Counted from the first letter of the stretch, positions 21,610 to 35,666 are shown. The stretch is 52,962 nucleotides of DNA from Octopus bimaculoides (GCF_001194135.2 NC_068982.1:103966420-104019381); one strand, 5' to 3'. Notes: generated by a model from the letters alone, not told the origin. Numbers and translations are program-made.

Positions 21610-24046
21610 AGGAGGACTCAAGCCTCATGGAGCAAGTGATACTCAGGTCAGTCAGGGGAAACAACATCTTGGACCTCTGTTTCACAAATAATGTGGACCT
21701 TATCCATAATGTGAAGGTAACACCAACAACATTCTGAGCCCACAACATTGTTGAACTAACTATGTATGGTCCTAAGCTAACTGCTGGTATCTACCCTATC
21801 AGGAGGACTCAAGCCTTATCCAACCTGTATTTCAATAAAGCAAAATGGGAATCAATCCACAAAGAGATCCACGAATGTAACTGGTCCAACATTCTTTGTA
21901 TGCAAGACACTGACTTGAAATTCAACCAGTTTATGTCAACAATGCAAGCTATATGCACTAAATATACCTCAGAAGGAAAGGCCAGCATACCAACAAACAA
22001 GATACCCAGGGAGAGAAAAATCCTTATGAGACACAGGTCAAAAGTCTCAAAGTGGTTGAGTAGGCCACTGAAGGATAGGGAGAAGTCTATCTTAATATGG
22101 GCACTCCTAAAAATCGAAAACAAGATCAAACTCTCTCATGAGAGGGAAAGAGTAGAGAGAGAGAATAGAGCTGTGGAAAACATAAAAACAAACCCCAAAG
22201 CTTTCTACAAATTCACAAAGGAAACAGCCATAATACAATATAAGATAGGACCATTATTCCAAGGGAATGACACACTGACCACGGACCCAGGAAGGGTAAG
22301 TGAAAAATTTAAGTGTGTCTTCAATTCCCCACTTGGACACATGCAGATAAAAACCCAGCTGAATTCTATAATATTGCAGCTCTAAAAAAGAGGTGCCAAC
22401 CATCGATTACATTAACATTGAGGAGACAGATGTAACAGCAGCCATAGATGAAATGAGCTCAACCTCTGCAATTGGTCCAGATGGCTTACCAGCTATTTTC
22501 CTGAAGTCATGTAAGCAGGCTTTAGTGAAACCACTTCAGATACTTTCCCAAAGTTTCCTTGCAATTGGTAAACTTCCTAAAAAGCTAAAAGAAGCAGATC
22601 AGGGGCCAAAAACTACAGGCCAATCTCTCTGACTTCACACAGTAAGGTCATGGAGCAAATCACGAGAAAGAAGTCGAAAATGTTTCTAGAAGAAAAGCAC
22701 CTACTGAAACACAACGCAGCATGGATTTCGTCCAGGAAGAAGCAACCTCATATAACTCCTACAGCATTATGACTGGATTTTGAAACAGCTGCTGGACCAT
22801 TCAGATGTCAGCGTGATATGTCTTAATTTTGCAAAGGCATTTGATAAGGTAGGTCATGGCATGATATTTCATAAGCTACAAGATCTTGGCATTGCTGGTA
22901 AACTAGGAGAGTGGCTGAATGACTTTCTTAAAGACAGAAGTCAGGCAGTTGCAGCCAATGGTGCTCTTTCTGAGGAAACTCAAATTCTAAGTGGCATCTC
23001 CCAGGGAACTATTCTAGGGCCATTACTGTTCATAATAGCTCTTGGACAGCCACTGTCATTAGCTATGCCGATGAAACAAAATCATCACAGGCAATAAAAA
23101 ACCAAGATGACATCACAAGCTTACAGCAGGACCTGAATTCAATATACAAGAGGACCAAAGTAAACAACATACAGTTTAATGCGGGAAAATTTCAAGCACT
23201 GCACTATAAACTCACGAATGTACCACAGCCTGCATATACAGGACCCAAAGGCACTGCAATCTCAGAGTCACAAGAAGTGAAAGACTTGGGGATCAGTATG
23301 TGCAATGACACATCATTTTACATGCACATTACCAAGATGGTAGCAAAGTGCAGACAACTGGCAGGATGGATACGGAGATCCTTCAAGACAAGAGACCAAT
23401 AAACTATGTTGACCCTACAGAGAACCTTTGTTCTCAGCTGCCTGGATTACTGCTCCCAATTATGGTCACCACATAGAGTCAAACTAACAGTGGAGCTTGA
23501 AGCAGTCCAAAACCACTATGCTAAAAAGATTGAAACATGCAGTAGATGAGCTACAGGGATAGGCTGCAAAAACTGCAACTTTACTCCCTGGAGTGAAGGT
23601 GCGACAGATATGTAATAATCTTCATATGGAAAACTCTAGAAGGACTAGTACCTAATTTTGGCATTAGGTAAATGCCAGAACTGGCCACCATTGTATTTTA
23701 CCAAAGGTTCCATCCACTCCATCTAAATTCAGGACCAGGTACTGCAATAGTCTAGGATTCAAAGGCCCACAGCACTTCAATGCCCTTCCACAAAAATAAG
23801 AAATCTGTATAAGGTAAAAGTAGGTGTCTTCAGAAAGAAACTAGACATCCTCCTGTCCACAATATCAGATGAACCAACAGCTTGACATGAGATGCAGACG
23901 AGGGTAGCAGAATCAAACTTCCTTATACATCAAATGGGCCAACAGTTGAGACAAAGGCACATACAAGAGTGGTGATGTGAAACACTCCACACTGAGAAAA
24001 TCAGCACGACAGTAGCTGCATGGCTGAAACAAGTAAAAGAGTAAAA
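21610..24046 (+). mobile_element. 5'-truncated CR1/L2-clade LINE (endonuclease end + RT), decayed
   Basis: RGNNILDLCFTNN (APE C-terminus), GPDGLPAIFLK, FAKAFDKVGH, SGISQGTILGPLLFII; 3' tail ctgaaacaagtaaaagagtaaaa. Confidence 0.9.
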
Positions 24047-26244
24047 TATATATATTTCATCTAAAGGAGATCTCTTTAAAGATGCATAATGTTATAAAAC
24101 ACAGCATACTTCAAAGCTAGGTGAAACAAATCACCCTCAAAGTGAATGAGAGCAACAAATACTGATATTTCACAGTTATTTCCACTCATCAATGTTACAT
24201 ACACTTCCACTTCTGAAAGAAATCGCAATAACCAACCAAAAGTTTGTACTCAAATTGCATAAAATCTATATGCTGATGTGAAAAAGTGTGACACAAGGAA
24301 AACAAAATTCAAATGTTGCGTTTGAAGCAAACATTGTCACTATCACACTCTTTGTATACATATTTCTGTTTCAACCCAGAAATGTTTTTACTTTAACTGC
24401 TGCACCTCAGTAACATATTAAATCCAAATATTTGAAAACATTTTGGCTTCTTTATATAAAGTGAATGGAACTAACCTCATAAGCTTGTGCAAGCAAGCGC
24501 TGTTCATTTAAAGATTGTTTCAACTCAGAAATTCTTGTCTTTAACCGATCCACCTCAGCAACATACTAAATCAAAGTAGTTGAAAACATGTTGGTTTCTT
24601 CAGGTAAAATAAAATTTAATTAATTGCAACAAACAACTGAAAAAGCACAAGAGAAAATATGCAAACTAATGCAAAACATATTACATACTCACACACGTAT
24701 AAGCATGTATGTATATTGATATAGAAAATAAGCCAAGATCTTTTGGTCCTGAAGTAGAATTCCAACTAAGGTCAATTTAGCTATTAATACCACTGGAATA
24801 AGGACAAATAAGACTAAGATCAATCTGAATAACCAAAGATGTACAATTTATGAGTAGAATGCTGCATTCACAGTTTTAATTCCAGTTCTTCTCAGAACTG
24901 TTTCAAAAGGGGTTAGACATTCAGAATGGTGACTATTGTTTTATATTAGCCAAGAGATTCATTATTTGAAAGTTTCTTGTTCCTTGAAAAATATCAGTTA
25001 GCTAATGGATATAAATATCAGAAAGCTGACTAAGAATGAAAGGAGAATGAAAGGATCTAGCTTAAAAAATTAAATTGCAAGTAGTCCCAAAGAATGTGAT
25101 GAAATAGTTAGAACTGTAACATCAAGGCAAATTTATTAAATGAATATGTAGCACAAATCAGAGACCTTAATTTCTTATGGCAAACAGAGCCAATAACTAT
25201 AGCATATACAACAAAAATCTACTGAACCCAACATAGCTATGAATCTGTGAAGAAATATCAAAATGTCTTTTCATGATAGCCATCTATTCAGGCTCTGCTA
25301 ACTGAAACTGGAAAACAACAGCAACATCAACAATAACAATAGCTATCCTGTAAATATGTCAATAAGCACAAACATGGAAAGGCACAGGATTGTGTAGTTT
25401 AGAAGACTGCTTCACAATCATGTAATTTTGAGCTTAGTCCCATTGTGTAACACTTTGGGCAAGTGTCTTCTACTGTAGCATCGGGGCAACCAATGCTTTG
25501 TGAGTGAATTTGGTAGACAGAAAATATATGAAGTCGTGCCTGCATGTGTGTCTGCGTGAGTGTTTACATTCTCTGATGAACTGAGCTATAGATAGTGTAA
25601 TTTGTTGACAAACAATACCATCTATAAATTATCCAGTAGCCCACCATTTTTGAAGAGAAATGGAATGAAAATTTACTTTGAAAACAAGCAAAAGTTAGCA
25701 ACGGGAAAGGCATTTGGTTGTAAAACAATGCCTTAATAATATGTATTCATGTAATAATGCTAGCATGAATAGACATAAAACAAATAAGTGAACATTATCA
25801 TAAAAAAGAAGGGATAACTATTTTCAGTTGAGTTGGATGAGGTAAATAAGTAATGCACTTTGCTTGTATGTATAAAGCAATGCCACAAGTTGGTTTGAAT
25901 TACTGACATTTTAGAGTTACAGCCCCTGTTATACATCTTATGAAATTCTAGAATGGAACAAACTTACATGCATGATTTGTTCCATATGTCAGTTATGGAT
26001 ATTGAAATAAGATAAGATAAATGTTATACTGAGATATTAATGTCATATGGTTAAGTGATCTAATATTTAATGTAGAAAATACCAAATAAAGAGAAATATC
26101 ACACATGAGTACTAATAACTAACTTCAAATATATGACTTATAGGTAAGTAGGAATATTTATTTATTTTGATTATGGTTACCATAATCAAAATAAATAAAT
26201 AAATAAATAAGAGAAACTGAAAATAAAAGAAAATGATTACTTAC

Positions 26245-26319
26245 TTCTTCCTTTATTGTTTTAATTTTTAATGCAGCTTCCCTGTTTTGATCTACACTTC
26301 TCCCCATTTTTTCAGATTT
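26245..26319 (-). CDS. Host-gene exon (75 nt, phase 0/0): KSEKMGRSVDQNREAALKIKTIKEE
   Basis: ttttgttttag|AAA...GAA|gtaagt; perfect splice sites; phase-compatible with the array exons. Confidence 0.8.
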
Positions 26320-27237
26320 CTAAAACAAAAATTATTATTTTCAGAAGTGAAAAGCTAATTACTTTTCTGTAAATGGCATTGACAAACAATAAAATATACA
26401 CAAAAACTCAGTCATCATATCAAATCTAATGTATGAATACGAAGGAAGATTTAATCCATCACATATTACCAAATGTGCAAAACATATTTTATACTCAGGT
26501 AATTTATAAACTGGGGTATTTTATGTGGATTATATATTTTTGTATTATCTGGGATATTTTATATAGATTAACCAATTATCACCTACTTACCAACTTTTCA
26601 TTTTCTTTGATGTAATTGTTCAACAATTTATTTCTAATCATCATCTGTGAGATAACCAAAGAAATAAAATTGTTAGAATGACTTAACAAGACATGAAACC
26701 TTTGAAGGAACAGTATAAAATTGTGATGTGCTTGACTTTGATGTACATAAATGAGGTGAAGGGATAATAATTTGAGTTAGAAACTGAAACCCAGACATAA
26801 TTTGGTTTACTAAGATGTTAACACTTCATGCAACTTTATTTACTTTCCTTATAAATTTACAGATTTCTGTTAAAGTAACAAACATGACATTTGTATGTGA
26901 TGGAATTTAAAGTTGTGGTGCATTACTTTTCTTATAATAGCAATATTAGTTAAGAGTTTTTAATTGATACGTAAATGAATTGACAAACTCGCTTCTCAGA
27001 TGAAATTCAAAGTTGTGGTGTCCATTACTTTTCCTGTAATATTGATTTCAAATACATCAACCCAGTACTCAACTGGTACTTATTTTATTGATTCTGCAAG
27101 GATGAAAAACTGACTTTGGTGAAAATTGAACTCAGAGTGTAAAGATGGATAAAATACTGCTAAGCATTCTGCCAGCTCACTGCCTGTACTTTTCCAGTAA
27201 TATTAGCAATATTAAATGTTTTTATTGAAGTGTTAAT

Positions 27238-27425
27238 CATCATCATCATCATCATCGTTTAACGTCCGCTTTCCATGCTAGCATGGGTTGGACGATTTGA
27301 TTGAGGACTGGTGAAACCGGATGGCAACACCAGGCTCCAATCTAATTTGGCAGAGTTTCTACAGCTGGATGCCCTTCCTAACGCCAACCACTCAGAGAGT
27401 GTAGTGGGTGCTTTTACGTGTCACC
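27238..27425 (-). mobile_element. RTE-type 3' tail element
   Basis: Reverse complement of the aggaagggcatccagctgtagaaac...(GAT)n motif. Confidence 0.85.
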
Positions 27426-28366
27426 CACACAAATTAATGAATTCTTTTCTTTGCAAAATAGATGAATACAATATTTTCCCATCACTACAAATCAACATCC
27501 TAACAAATCATTTAAATCTATTAACTACAGTGTTTTAATAACGCGCATGCACACACACACACGCGCACACAAAGTCTCTGATGAAATTCCTTAGTTCATT
27601 ATATAACTAAAACTACATGCCAAATACTCAAGAATGATATAATAATCCAACTTTCAACAGAGCTCAAATATAACCCATAGTATCATTGCGTTCTCACATT
27701 TGGATCAGTACTGTTACTGAAGATACAAGCATTCTGGACCACAACAGTAGAAGGACATTTGGCTAACTAGAAAATACTCGCCTATACACTGCAGCTTCTA
27801 GCCCACAAATACTTTGTCCCTTCATTCTGCTTACTATAACTATTACAACAGCTTTTATTCCTATGAACTAGTTAGTCTTATATCAACACCATCAGACCCA
27901 CCTGGTACATGCTCTCATCTTCCCCTCTTGTCACCTATCATTTAATTCTACCCATGTCATCCTCAGGTTCCACAGGAACTACTTTGCCCATCATTACTTA
28001 TGAGAACATCAACATAAACCAATCAAAGATATTGATCCAAACAGTCTTAGAGAGTTTGTGAAGGTCATGATCACTGCACCTTTCCGTCTTGCTGAACCAT
28101 TAAAAAAAATAACACATGCTTACATGCACACAGATATATGCACATATGCACACAAGGGTGCACTTACATACACTTGCTTGAAGACACATACAGTTGCTTG
28201 TACACACACATACACTCACATGTGCATGCAAATACATAGATATTCACACAAAAGTATATTTATATAAGTATATGATTATACTACAATCTGTTTATGTACT
28301 GAAATAGTTTGCTTAATATTAAGAAAAATTATATAATTTTATATTGAAAAAGATACACATACTAAC

Positions 28367-28437
28367 TTCTTGAGCCACTTGTTTTGACTTCATTTTTTCT
28401 CTGATTAAATCTTGCTGAACCCTGTTCACTTTGATTC
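28367..28437 (-). CDS. Host-gene exon (71 nt, phase 1/0): (R)IKVNRVQQDLIREKMKSKQVAQE
   Basis: ttttttcttctctttcttaag|GA...GAA|gttagt; joins 36907-36994 and 26245-26319 in frame. Confidence 0.75.
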
Positions 28438-28643
28438 CTTAAGAAAGAGAAGAAAAAATTTTAAGCATTACATTTTTTGCACAATACTTCAAAATGAAAC
28501 GAATTGTTAATCTTGGGTTTATATGCAAATAGAGTGAAGTCTATTTGCTGATCCATTGCAGCATAACACCTGTGAAAGAAAACTGAATTATGAATTAAAA
28601 GCAGATCTAGTAATATAAACATTATCAGTCATGCATACATAGA

Positions 28644-29020
28644 GTATGTGTTTTTTTTTTTATACACCCATTTGCTGTAGGATAGCATCCTGGGAAAAGC
28701 TTCCTACCTGATGCCAAGTGTTAAGAAACATTGAATGTCCCAGACCAGGTGAGACAACACTTCAATTCTTTTTTCCCATGTGCTACACTGTAACACATCA
28801 CTCTATTTGTATATAAGTACCAGACTTTGTTTCAAGGTACATGTTATTGATAAGCTACAATAATGGTAAAATATCAATATCTACCATTCTTGGTCAACCG
28901 AGGTGATTTGTCTCTGGGACATTCGGTGTTCTTTAACACTCAGCATTGTTTGTGTAGTGAGCTTTCCCTAGATGCTATTCCATAGCAAAAGTGGGTATAA
29001 ATAAAATGCAAACCTCTATA
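28644..29020. mobile_element. MITE-like inverted repeat (arms ~105 bp, ~170-bp spacer)
   Basis: gatgccaagtgttaagaaacattgaatgtcccaga versus reverse complement of tctgggacattcggtgttctttaacactcagcatt; the match extends outward to tatacacccatttgctgtaggatagcatc / gatgctattccatagcaaaagtgggtata. Confidence 0.75.
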
Positions 29021-30408
29021 TATGTGCAACCAATAAAGTTTATTTATATATAATTTTTTTTTTTACTTGCTTCAGTCATTTGACTGTGGCCATGCTGGAG
29101 CACCACTCTGAAGTGGTTTTGCAGAACAATTCAACCCCAGGACTTATTTTTAAGCCTATTACTTATTTTATCAGTCTCTTTTCCAAACCACTAGGTTACA
29201 GGTATGTAAACACACCAACTCCAGTTGTCAAGTGAAGATGGGTGGGTAAGACAAACACAGACACAAACACACACACATAGATATATATACATACATGCAG
29301 ACATATATATATATATATATATATATGATGGGCTTCTTTCAGTTTCTGCCTGCAAGATCTACTCACAAGGCCTTGGTTGGCCCAAGGCTATAGCTATAGT
29401 AGAAGACATTTGCCCAAGGTGCTACGCAGTGAGACTGAACCAAGAACTATGTGGATGTATGGTAATGTCTGTTGACCTGACTATTAACACTAATGTTTTA
29501 TGATAGTCCCTCTTCCAGATTTTAGCAATAGAATACCCCTGTTGCTATTAGGTGACTCTTCTTCACCCCTTTGTAGCCTGTCTTCCTCTGTTCTCTATTC
29601 TACTTGCATCTTTCCATCTTCTTTTCCTCCCTCCCCCATGCAATAGCCATTCCTTCAGTGTTCAGCTTGTTATAACCAGAAATGGCTCTGATGGAAGTAG
29701 CATTAATTTTTTTTGGTCATTCAATTTTTCTCAATTGATCAATAGGCCAACTAAGTAAACCTATTAGTAATATACCTATAATAGCTACTGGAAACAGCTG
29801 TAAGCCAAATTTTCTCCAACAGAGGTAAAATATGTAATGACCATCATTTTTAATCTGTTTTATACATAAGCACACACACACACTATATCATAGATTGCTG
29901 AATATGAACCTAGATAGTATGATTGTAGATCAACTGCATAAGTTATCTAATTTCTGAGAGTCGACAACAACTTAAGTAGCAGGTGCAATGACTTTATACT
30001 TTGTGATATATTCTTCTAAGTGGGAATAATATATCTCATATAGAAAATATGGAATATTTACCATAAGTTACACTCTGCAGGACATGTAGATGATTTGGTG
30101 ACTAAACATTTCATTTGAAAAGTTCTAGCCCCAAACAGCATGGGTTTCTGAATTCTATAATATTATCAGGCTCTGCTTAACTATGCCCTTTTTCTGAGAA
30201 ATCCCACCTTATGTCTACATAAAATTTAAGTGTTGCTGAGCTGACATGTCAGTTAGCTTATTTACATCTTCGTATCTATGACAGTAGTTATGACTTCTTT
30301 ATATTTCAAAATATGAAGAAAACTATAAGAACTAAAAAAAGTGAGTTTACAGAAATATATTTATGTTTGGAACATAAAGACTTACTGAGGAAGAAGGTTA
30401 TATATCTC

Positions 30409-30538
<130 letters not shown>

Positions 30539-32136
30539 AATGGGCTTCTTTCAGTTTGCACCAACCAAATTCACTCACAGGGCTTTGGTAGGCCCAAGAC
30601 TATAGTAGAAGACACTTGCACAAGTTGCCACATGGTTGGGAAGTAAGCTTCTTACCACACAGCCTGACCTAAGTAAAAAAAAATTATAAAATATAGTTAC
30701 ATTGCCTTCTGGTACTTTGGATCAACCTTTGGGCATTTGTAGAAAGGAAACATCTTGAATCTGCTGTTTCTGCATATTTCCAGGTGCTTTCTCAGCAGAA
30801 TCCACTTTTGAATTTCATATGGAAACCAGTGTCCAAATATTTGAAGTTGTTGTTGCTATATATTTCACATCTATTGTCTCCCTAGTCCTTCAGGAAGAAT
30901 TCTGAATTATCCTCTGCTGTGAATTTTGTCCTCATGAGATGGTTTTAAAGATTTTTTGGTTGATGTTTACTTTTTTTTATGAGATTTTCATCAACCAGAT
31001 TTATCATTTTGGGGCTTTGTGAAAGTATTTGTAGGTTTGTTTTTATAGTGTGAAATATGTCAGTCTCTCCTGAATTATGTGTATTGATAAATGGAATAAT
31101 ATTTCCTTTTTTGTCTTAGGCATCCTCAATTATATGATGTCCCATTTCATTGCCTTTTTAACTCCATTATTTATTAATTTTAAGGAGTAATTCCAACATT
31201 ATAAGGGAAAGCACTTGCACTTTGTGGGACATTGCTGGCAAGTGACCTACTGCTATAGATACCAAAGCAGGGCCATACTTGAGCTAGTTATCAAAACACA
31301 AAATATGTAGAGCAACTCACTAGAGACACTGGATGCCTCCCCAAAGGCCTTACTCAACTAATGCAGGCCCTAGATGGATGCTGTATTGGGGGTTCAAAAT
31401 GCCCAAGCGAGCTCAACCAAATAATGACGATCAGGAAACCTTTAAGTTTATTCAGTTGAATTTGACATATTTTTGGGTCAGCCACTATTACACAAATATG
31501 TCTTGCCATACTATGTGCAATGTTTTGTTTGATGTGTGAAGGATGACAAGAATAGAAGTTCAATTATTGGTATGTGTTTGTTTTTTGTGATATATATCTG
31601 TTGTTGCTGTGGAGTTATATTTTTACATGAATGTCTAAGAACAGTACGTCATTATGACTGGTTTCTCTCATGAATTTGATAGACGGGTGAAGGGTGTTCA
31701 GAATGTCATTGAATATTTGTAGATCATCATTTAGTTTCTCTCAAAAACTAAAGCAGTCAACAGGTAAGCATTTTCCACTTTTCAATGACATATTTCTTGA
31801 AATTTTGCTCAAAAGTTTTCTCTACTTTCTCATATAGTTTTTCTTTTAAAAAAACTCATCACCATGTTAGCATACGAGGGTGCAATTTTAATTATCATAG
31901 TTGTGCCCTTTATTTGTCGATATGTTTTATCATCAAAGTTAAAGGTGTTCTCTAGTACTAGGCATGTAGTCTTGTTAATGAAATCTGTTTTGAAACGTTC
32001 ATTTATCTTCCCTTTATCTTTTTCTCCCCATTTTTGTTTCATTGCTTCCAGGCCCAAAGTGTGAGGTATATTAGTATAAAGGTTACTAACATCGAAACTT
32101 ATAAGGATAGTTCTTTCTGGGACAGTGGGCAGAATG

Positions 32137-32673
32137 TATAGGGTGTGGTAGAGAGGACGGACGTTTTTGAAAAATTCACAAAATCATTAATTTTAGCTGC
32201 AAACAAATTTTATTGACATCAATGTGTTTGTATTGAATTAGCATTTGTCAAAATCAAGTGTGGAAAACAACATCCATCATGTGGTGTCTGTTTTCAATGA
32301 TGCATTTCTGAAGGTGTTCTGGGGTCCATACCATTCATGGCACCCCCACCGGTCTTCTATTCATTAGTGTACCTTGTGTATGAAGTGCATTCAACATAAG
32401 ATTGTGTTATTAATAGGAACAGTCTGATTTTGGTGAACGTTGAAGTGGCGCTGAAACTCATGCTGAACTGCTGTGACAGACTCATTATTCTTCACATAAC
32501 TTGTAGGCAAACACGCAATGCTCTATTGTTCATAGCGCCATGGCTTTACCTGAAAAGAAAAAAAAATGCTAAGACTCCACTGACCAAATGGTATCTGTCA
32601 GACATATGTTTCTCCCTCTAGGGCTGAGTAATAACCATTTCAAAATCGTCTGTCCTCTCTGTCCCACCCTGTA
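32137..32673 (-). mobile_element. Internally deleted Tc1/mariner (DUF4817-like N-terminus) inserted at TA in the Penelope RT
   Basis: ~36-bp TIRs tatagggtgtggtagagaggacggacgtttttgaaa / tttcaaaatcgtctgtcctctctgtcccaccctgta; internal NNESVTAVQHEFQRHFNVHQNQTVP. Confidence 0.85.
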
Positions 32674-33477
32674 TTTGAGAAAATCCATGTTGTGTTTTAT
32701 ATAGCTGGATATTAATGATCATGAGTTTTCAAGGAATATATTTGAAAGATAACTTAGTCAATGTGCTGGAGACTGTGGCCCAGCAACTACTGCTCTCAAT
32801 TTGAGATCAGTAGGTCCTTAGTACTTTTATATACTGGTTCTTCTGTTTATTCATGGCACTCTGTATTTCCAAACTTTTAAGGGTCTTGGGTAATCTGTAG
32901 AAATTGTTCTATTCAATTTCAGAGTTATCTATGAAGGAGTCTGGGTATTGGTTAATTAATGTTCCGATTTTATTCATTTTTGCTTTTTCTGGACTTCTTG
33001 TTTCTTCCTTATAGTAATTTTGGTCTGTTAGGTGTTCCAATATTTTGTCTTTATAATAGTCCCTGTCCATAATCACAATTGGCCCACTCTTATTGGTTTC
33101 TTTGAGGATGATATTGAGTTGTAATTTATTAGTGTTAGTAAAGCCTTCTTTTCTTTATGAAGGTTTTGCTTGCATTTACAGACACTGAGAGAGAATTTGG
33201 AAAGTGTATCTGTGTACTTCTATATGTAAACCAGGTTGACAAAATAATATAGTCTGCCATGAACACCTGTGCTTTGATTCTTTCTTTCTTTTTCTTTCTT
33301 TTTTTAGTCACTTTTGCTATGAATTAAATTAATGAATTCAACGGGATACACCGTCTGCAAGTAGTTGGGTTCAGCATATTATCCTCCATTTACTAATTGT
33401 TATACAAATTTTGGGTAAAACCTCCACTTTTACCCGNNNNNNNNNNTATATATATATATATATATATATATACCTCA

Positions 33478-33805
33478 TTCGAGCGAGGTCATTGCCCATT
33501 CGAGCAAGGTCGTTGCCAGTGCTGTTGGACTGGCTCCTGTGCAGGTGGCACGTAAAAAACACCATTTTGAGTGTGGCCGTTGCCAGTACCGCCTGACTGG
33601 CCCTTGTGCCGGTGGTACGTAAAAGTACCCACTACACTCTTGGAGTGGTTGGCGTTAGGAAGGGCATCCAGCTGTAGAAACTCTGCCAGATCAGATTGGA
33701 GCCTGGTGCAGTCATCTGGTTCGCCAGTCCTCAGTCAAATCATCCAACCCATGCTAACATGGAAAGTGGACGTTAAACGACGATGATGATGATGATGATG
33801 ATGAT
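33478..33805 (+). mobile_element. RTE-type 3' tail element
   Basis: Same family motif and (GAT)n tail. Confidence 0.85.
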
Positions 33806-35304
33806 ATATATATAGTTGAAATTTACAGAAAATCAAAAGACGAAAACAGGTGTATAAACAACAAGCAGGTGTACTAGTTTGACACTTGGGAAGGTGTGAA
33901 AGTCTTTTACGTTTTGAGCCTATGCTCTTCAACAGAAAGGAACATGAGGAAATAAACAGAGAGAGAATTTTAAAAAATTGGAGTTCGCAGTCAATCATGG
34001 TGACTGATTAGATATATATATATCCTGTTGGGAGTGAGGTAGGATTTATTTCTGACATCTGACTCATTATTTATATTCTTATTGCCAAAGAATTCTATAA
34101 GGTGAAGGTGACAATTAAAATGTTCAATGTCTACTTTTAGTTTAGAAGTGGGTATAGGAGGTAAATTTGAAACCTTTAAATAAAAGATCCATTTAATTTT
34201 TGTTGAGGTCTCTTTTTGATAAATTTATAATTTTAGGGTCTACATGTTCTGTGGGTTTATTTAATTTTTTTGTTTAATCTGATCTGGGGTCCAGTTGTAG
34301 AATGTTCCCCCTAAAAAAGGAGTTGTAATATTGTGTTCCTGTTTTCCTGTTTCTGGGGTTCTTGTTGTTTCTTCATAAGTGAGAGAATATTTCATGATCT
34401 CTATTTGTCTTATGTTACATGTTTTGTCTGCCTCCTTTCCATCCTCCTTTATGCTTGTCAGGTCATTCAGTATGTTTGGGATTGCTGGTTGTCAACTGCA
34501 GATTTTTTTAGTTTTCCATGACATCTATTTGTATTATGACTTTAATTTTGTCTGCTTTTTTTCCTGTCTTTCTCCTCAAGTATTTGATATTATGGGTTGG
34601 TAGTTGTCTACTATATCTTGTGTGTTTGTTTGTGGGAGTATCATGTTTTGGAATCAAAGTGTACAGGTTTCTAGTTTGCATTTGAAATGATCTTGAAGTC
34701 ATCCATCTCCACATATGTTTTTGGATGATTGGAAGTCAGATATCTTTGTCTGATTCCTCTGGGATTGATTTTCATGATTCTCTTTGCTTTGTCTGTATTT
34801 TTCCATTGTGGATTAATTAACTGCTTTTGTTGTTTTTCCCACATTTTTATAGATTTTTATTTCTCTTCCCATTCAGTGTCTTCTTTCCATAGTTATTGTG
34901 GTTTTTCTTGATTATGACCATCACTTTGTTTTGAAATTTCAGCAAACATATTTGCATCAACTGTTTTGAATTTTTCTTCATATACTTTTCGTGACTGGAG
35001 AAAGGATATCTTTGTTTTCAGATGGCAACTGCTAAGTTTGCATATATCACTGTCTTTTTTAGCATTACTCCCTTTATTTCTCTGAGAAATTTTCTGGGCA
35101 GGATTGGATTTTCTTTGTTCCACCAAATGCTTTTCCAATATGCATGTTTGTATTGATTCAGAAGTTTTTTTCCAGAGTTGTGGTTTCATTTGCTCTTTGT
35201 TTTTTTATGTCAACTTTTGTTTCTTGCAAATTTTTCTTTGAGACAGGTGTGGTTCAGTGGTAGAATTTGCATCATTGGTTCTTGTCACTAGAGTATCTTT
35301 AAGG

Positions 35305-35348
<44 letters not shown>

Positions 35349-35463
35349 ACAATAATCCTTTTGAGATCTCAGATAATTTTTTCTGAATCTCCTGATTCTT
35401 TTAATGTGCTAGTTTCCTGGTATTAAACTGATATTAATTAATATCCAATTTTTTACCCTGCTA

Positions 35464-35502
<39 letters not shown>

Positions 35503-35539
35503 TAATTTAGAGAAGAACCACCACAGTGCAACTCAAATC

Positions 35540-35609
35540 TATCTATCTATCTATCTGTCTATCTGTCTGTCTGTGTATCTATCCATCTATCTATCTATCT
35601 ATAGATAGT

Positions 35610-35645
<36 letters not shown>

Positions 35646-35666
35646 TAGATAGATAGATAGATAGAT
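35540..35666. repeat. (TCTA)n/(TCTG)n followed by (CAGA)n/(TAGA)n tetranucleotide inverted microsatellite
   Basis: Directly visible; the two halves are reverse complements. Confidence 0.85.

Larger units (their letters stand above)
30700..35250 (-). mobile_element. Decayed Penelope-like retroelement (RT; C-terminal region degenerate) with nested insertions
   Basis: Minus-strand motifs: LLFKGFKF..DIEHFNCHLHLIEFF (~34100), IILKETNKSGPIVIMDRDYYKDKILEHL (~33100), YIKHNMDFLK/YILPTVPERTILISFDVSNLYTNIPH (32700/32100), YRQIKGTTMIIKIAPSYANMVM (31860-31920). Confidence 0.85.

Noticed and set aside
21762-23097. ORFs of 207, 79 and 105 aa as host genes
   Set aside because: Frameshifted pieces of one decayed CR1-like LINE ORF2.
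28438-28569. Extra minus-strand exon CYAAMDQQIDFTLFAYKPKINN after cacag acceptor at 28570
   Set aside because: No donor gives both an open frame and the phase-1 junction needed for the 28437 exon; remaining introns would be only 34-63 nt with weak donors.
34893-35189. 98-aa minus ORF as a host exon
   Set aside because: No good splice sites; collinear with the upstream part of the Penelope-like element.
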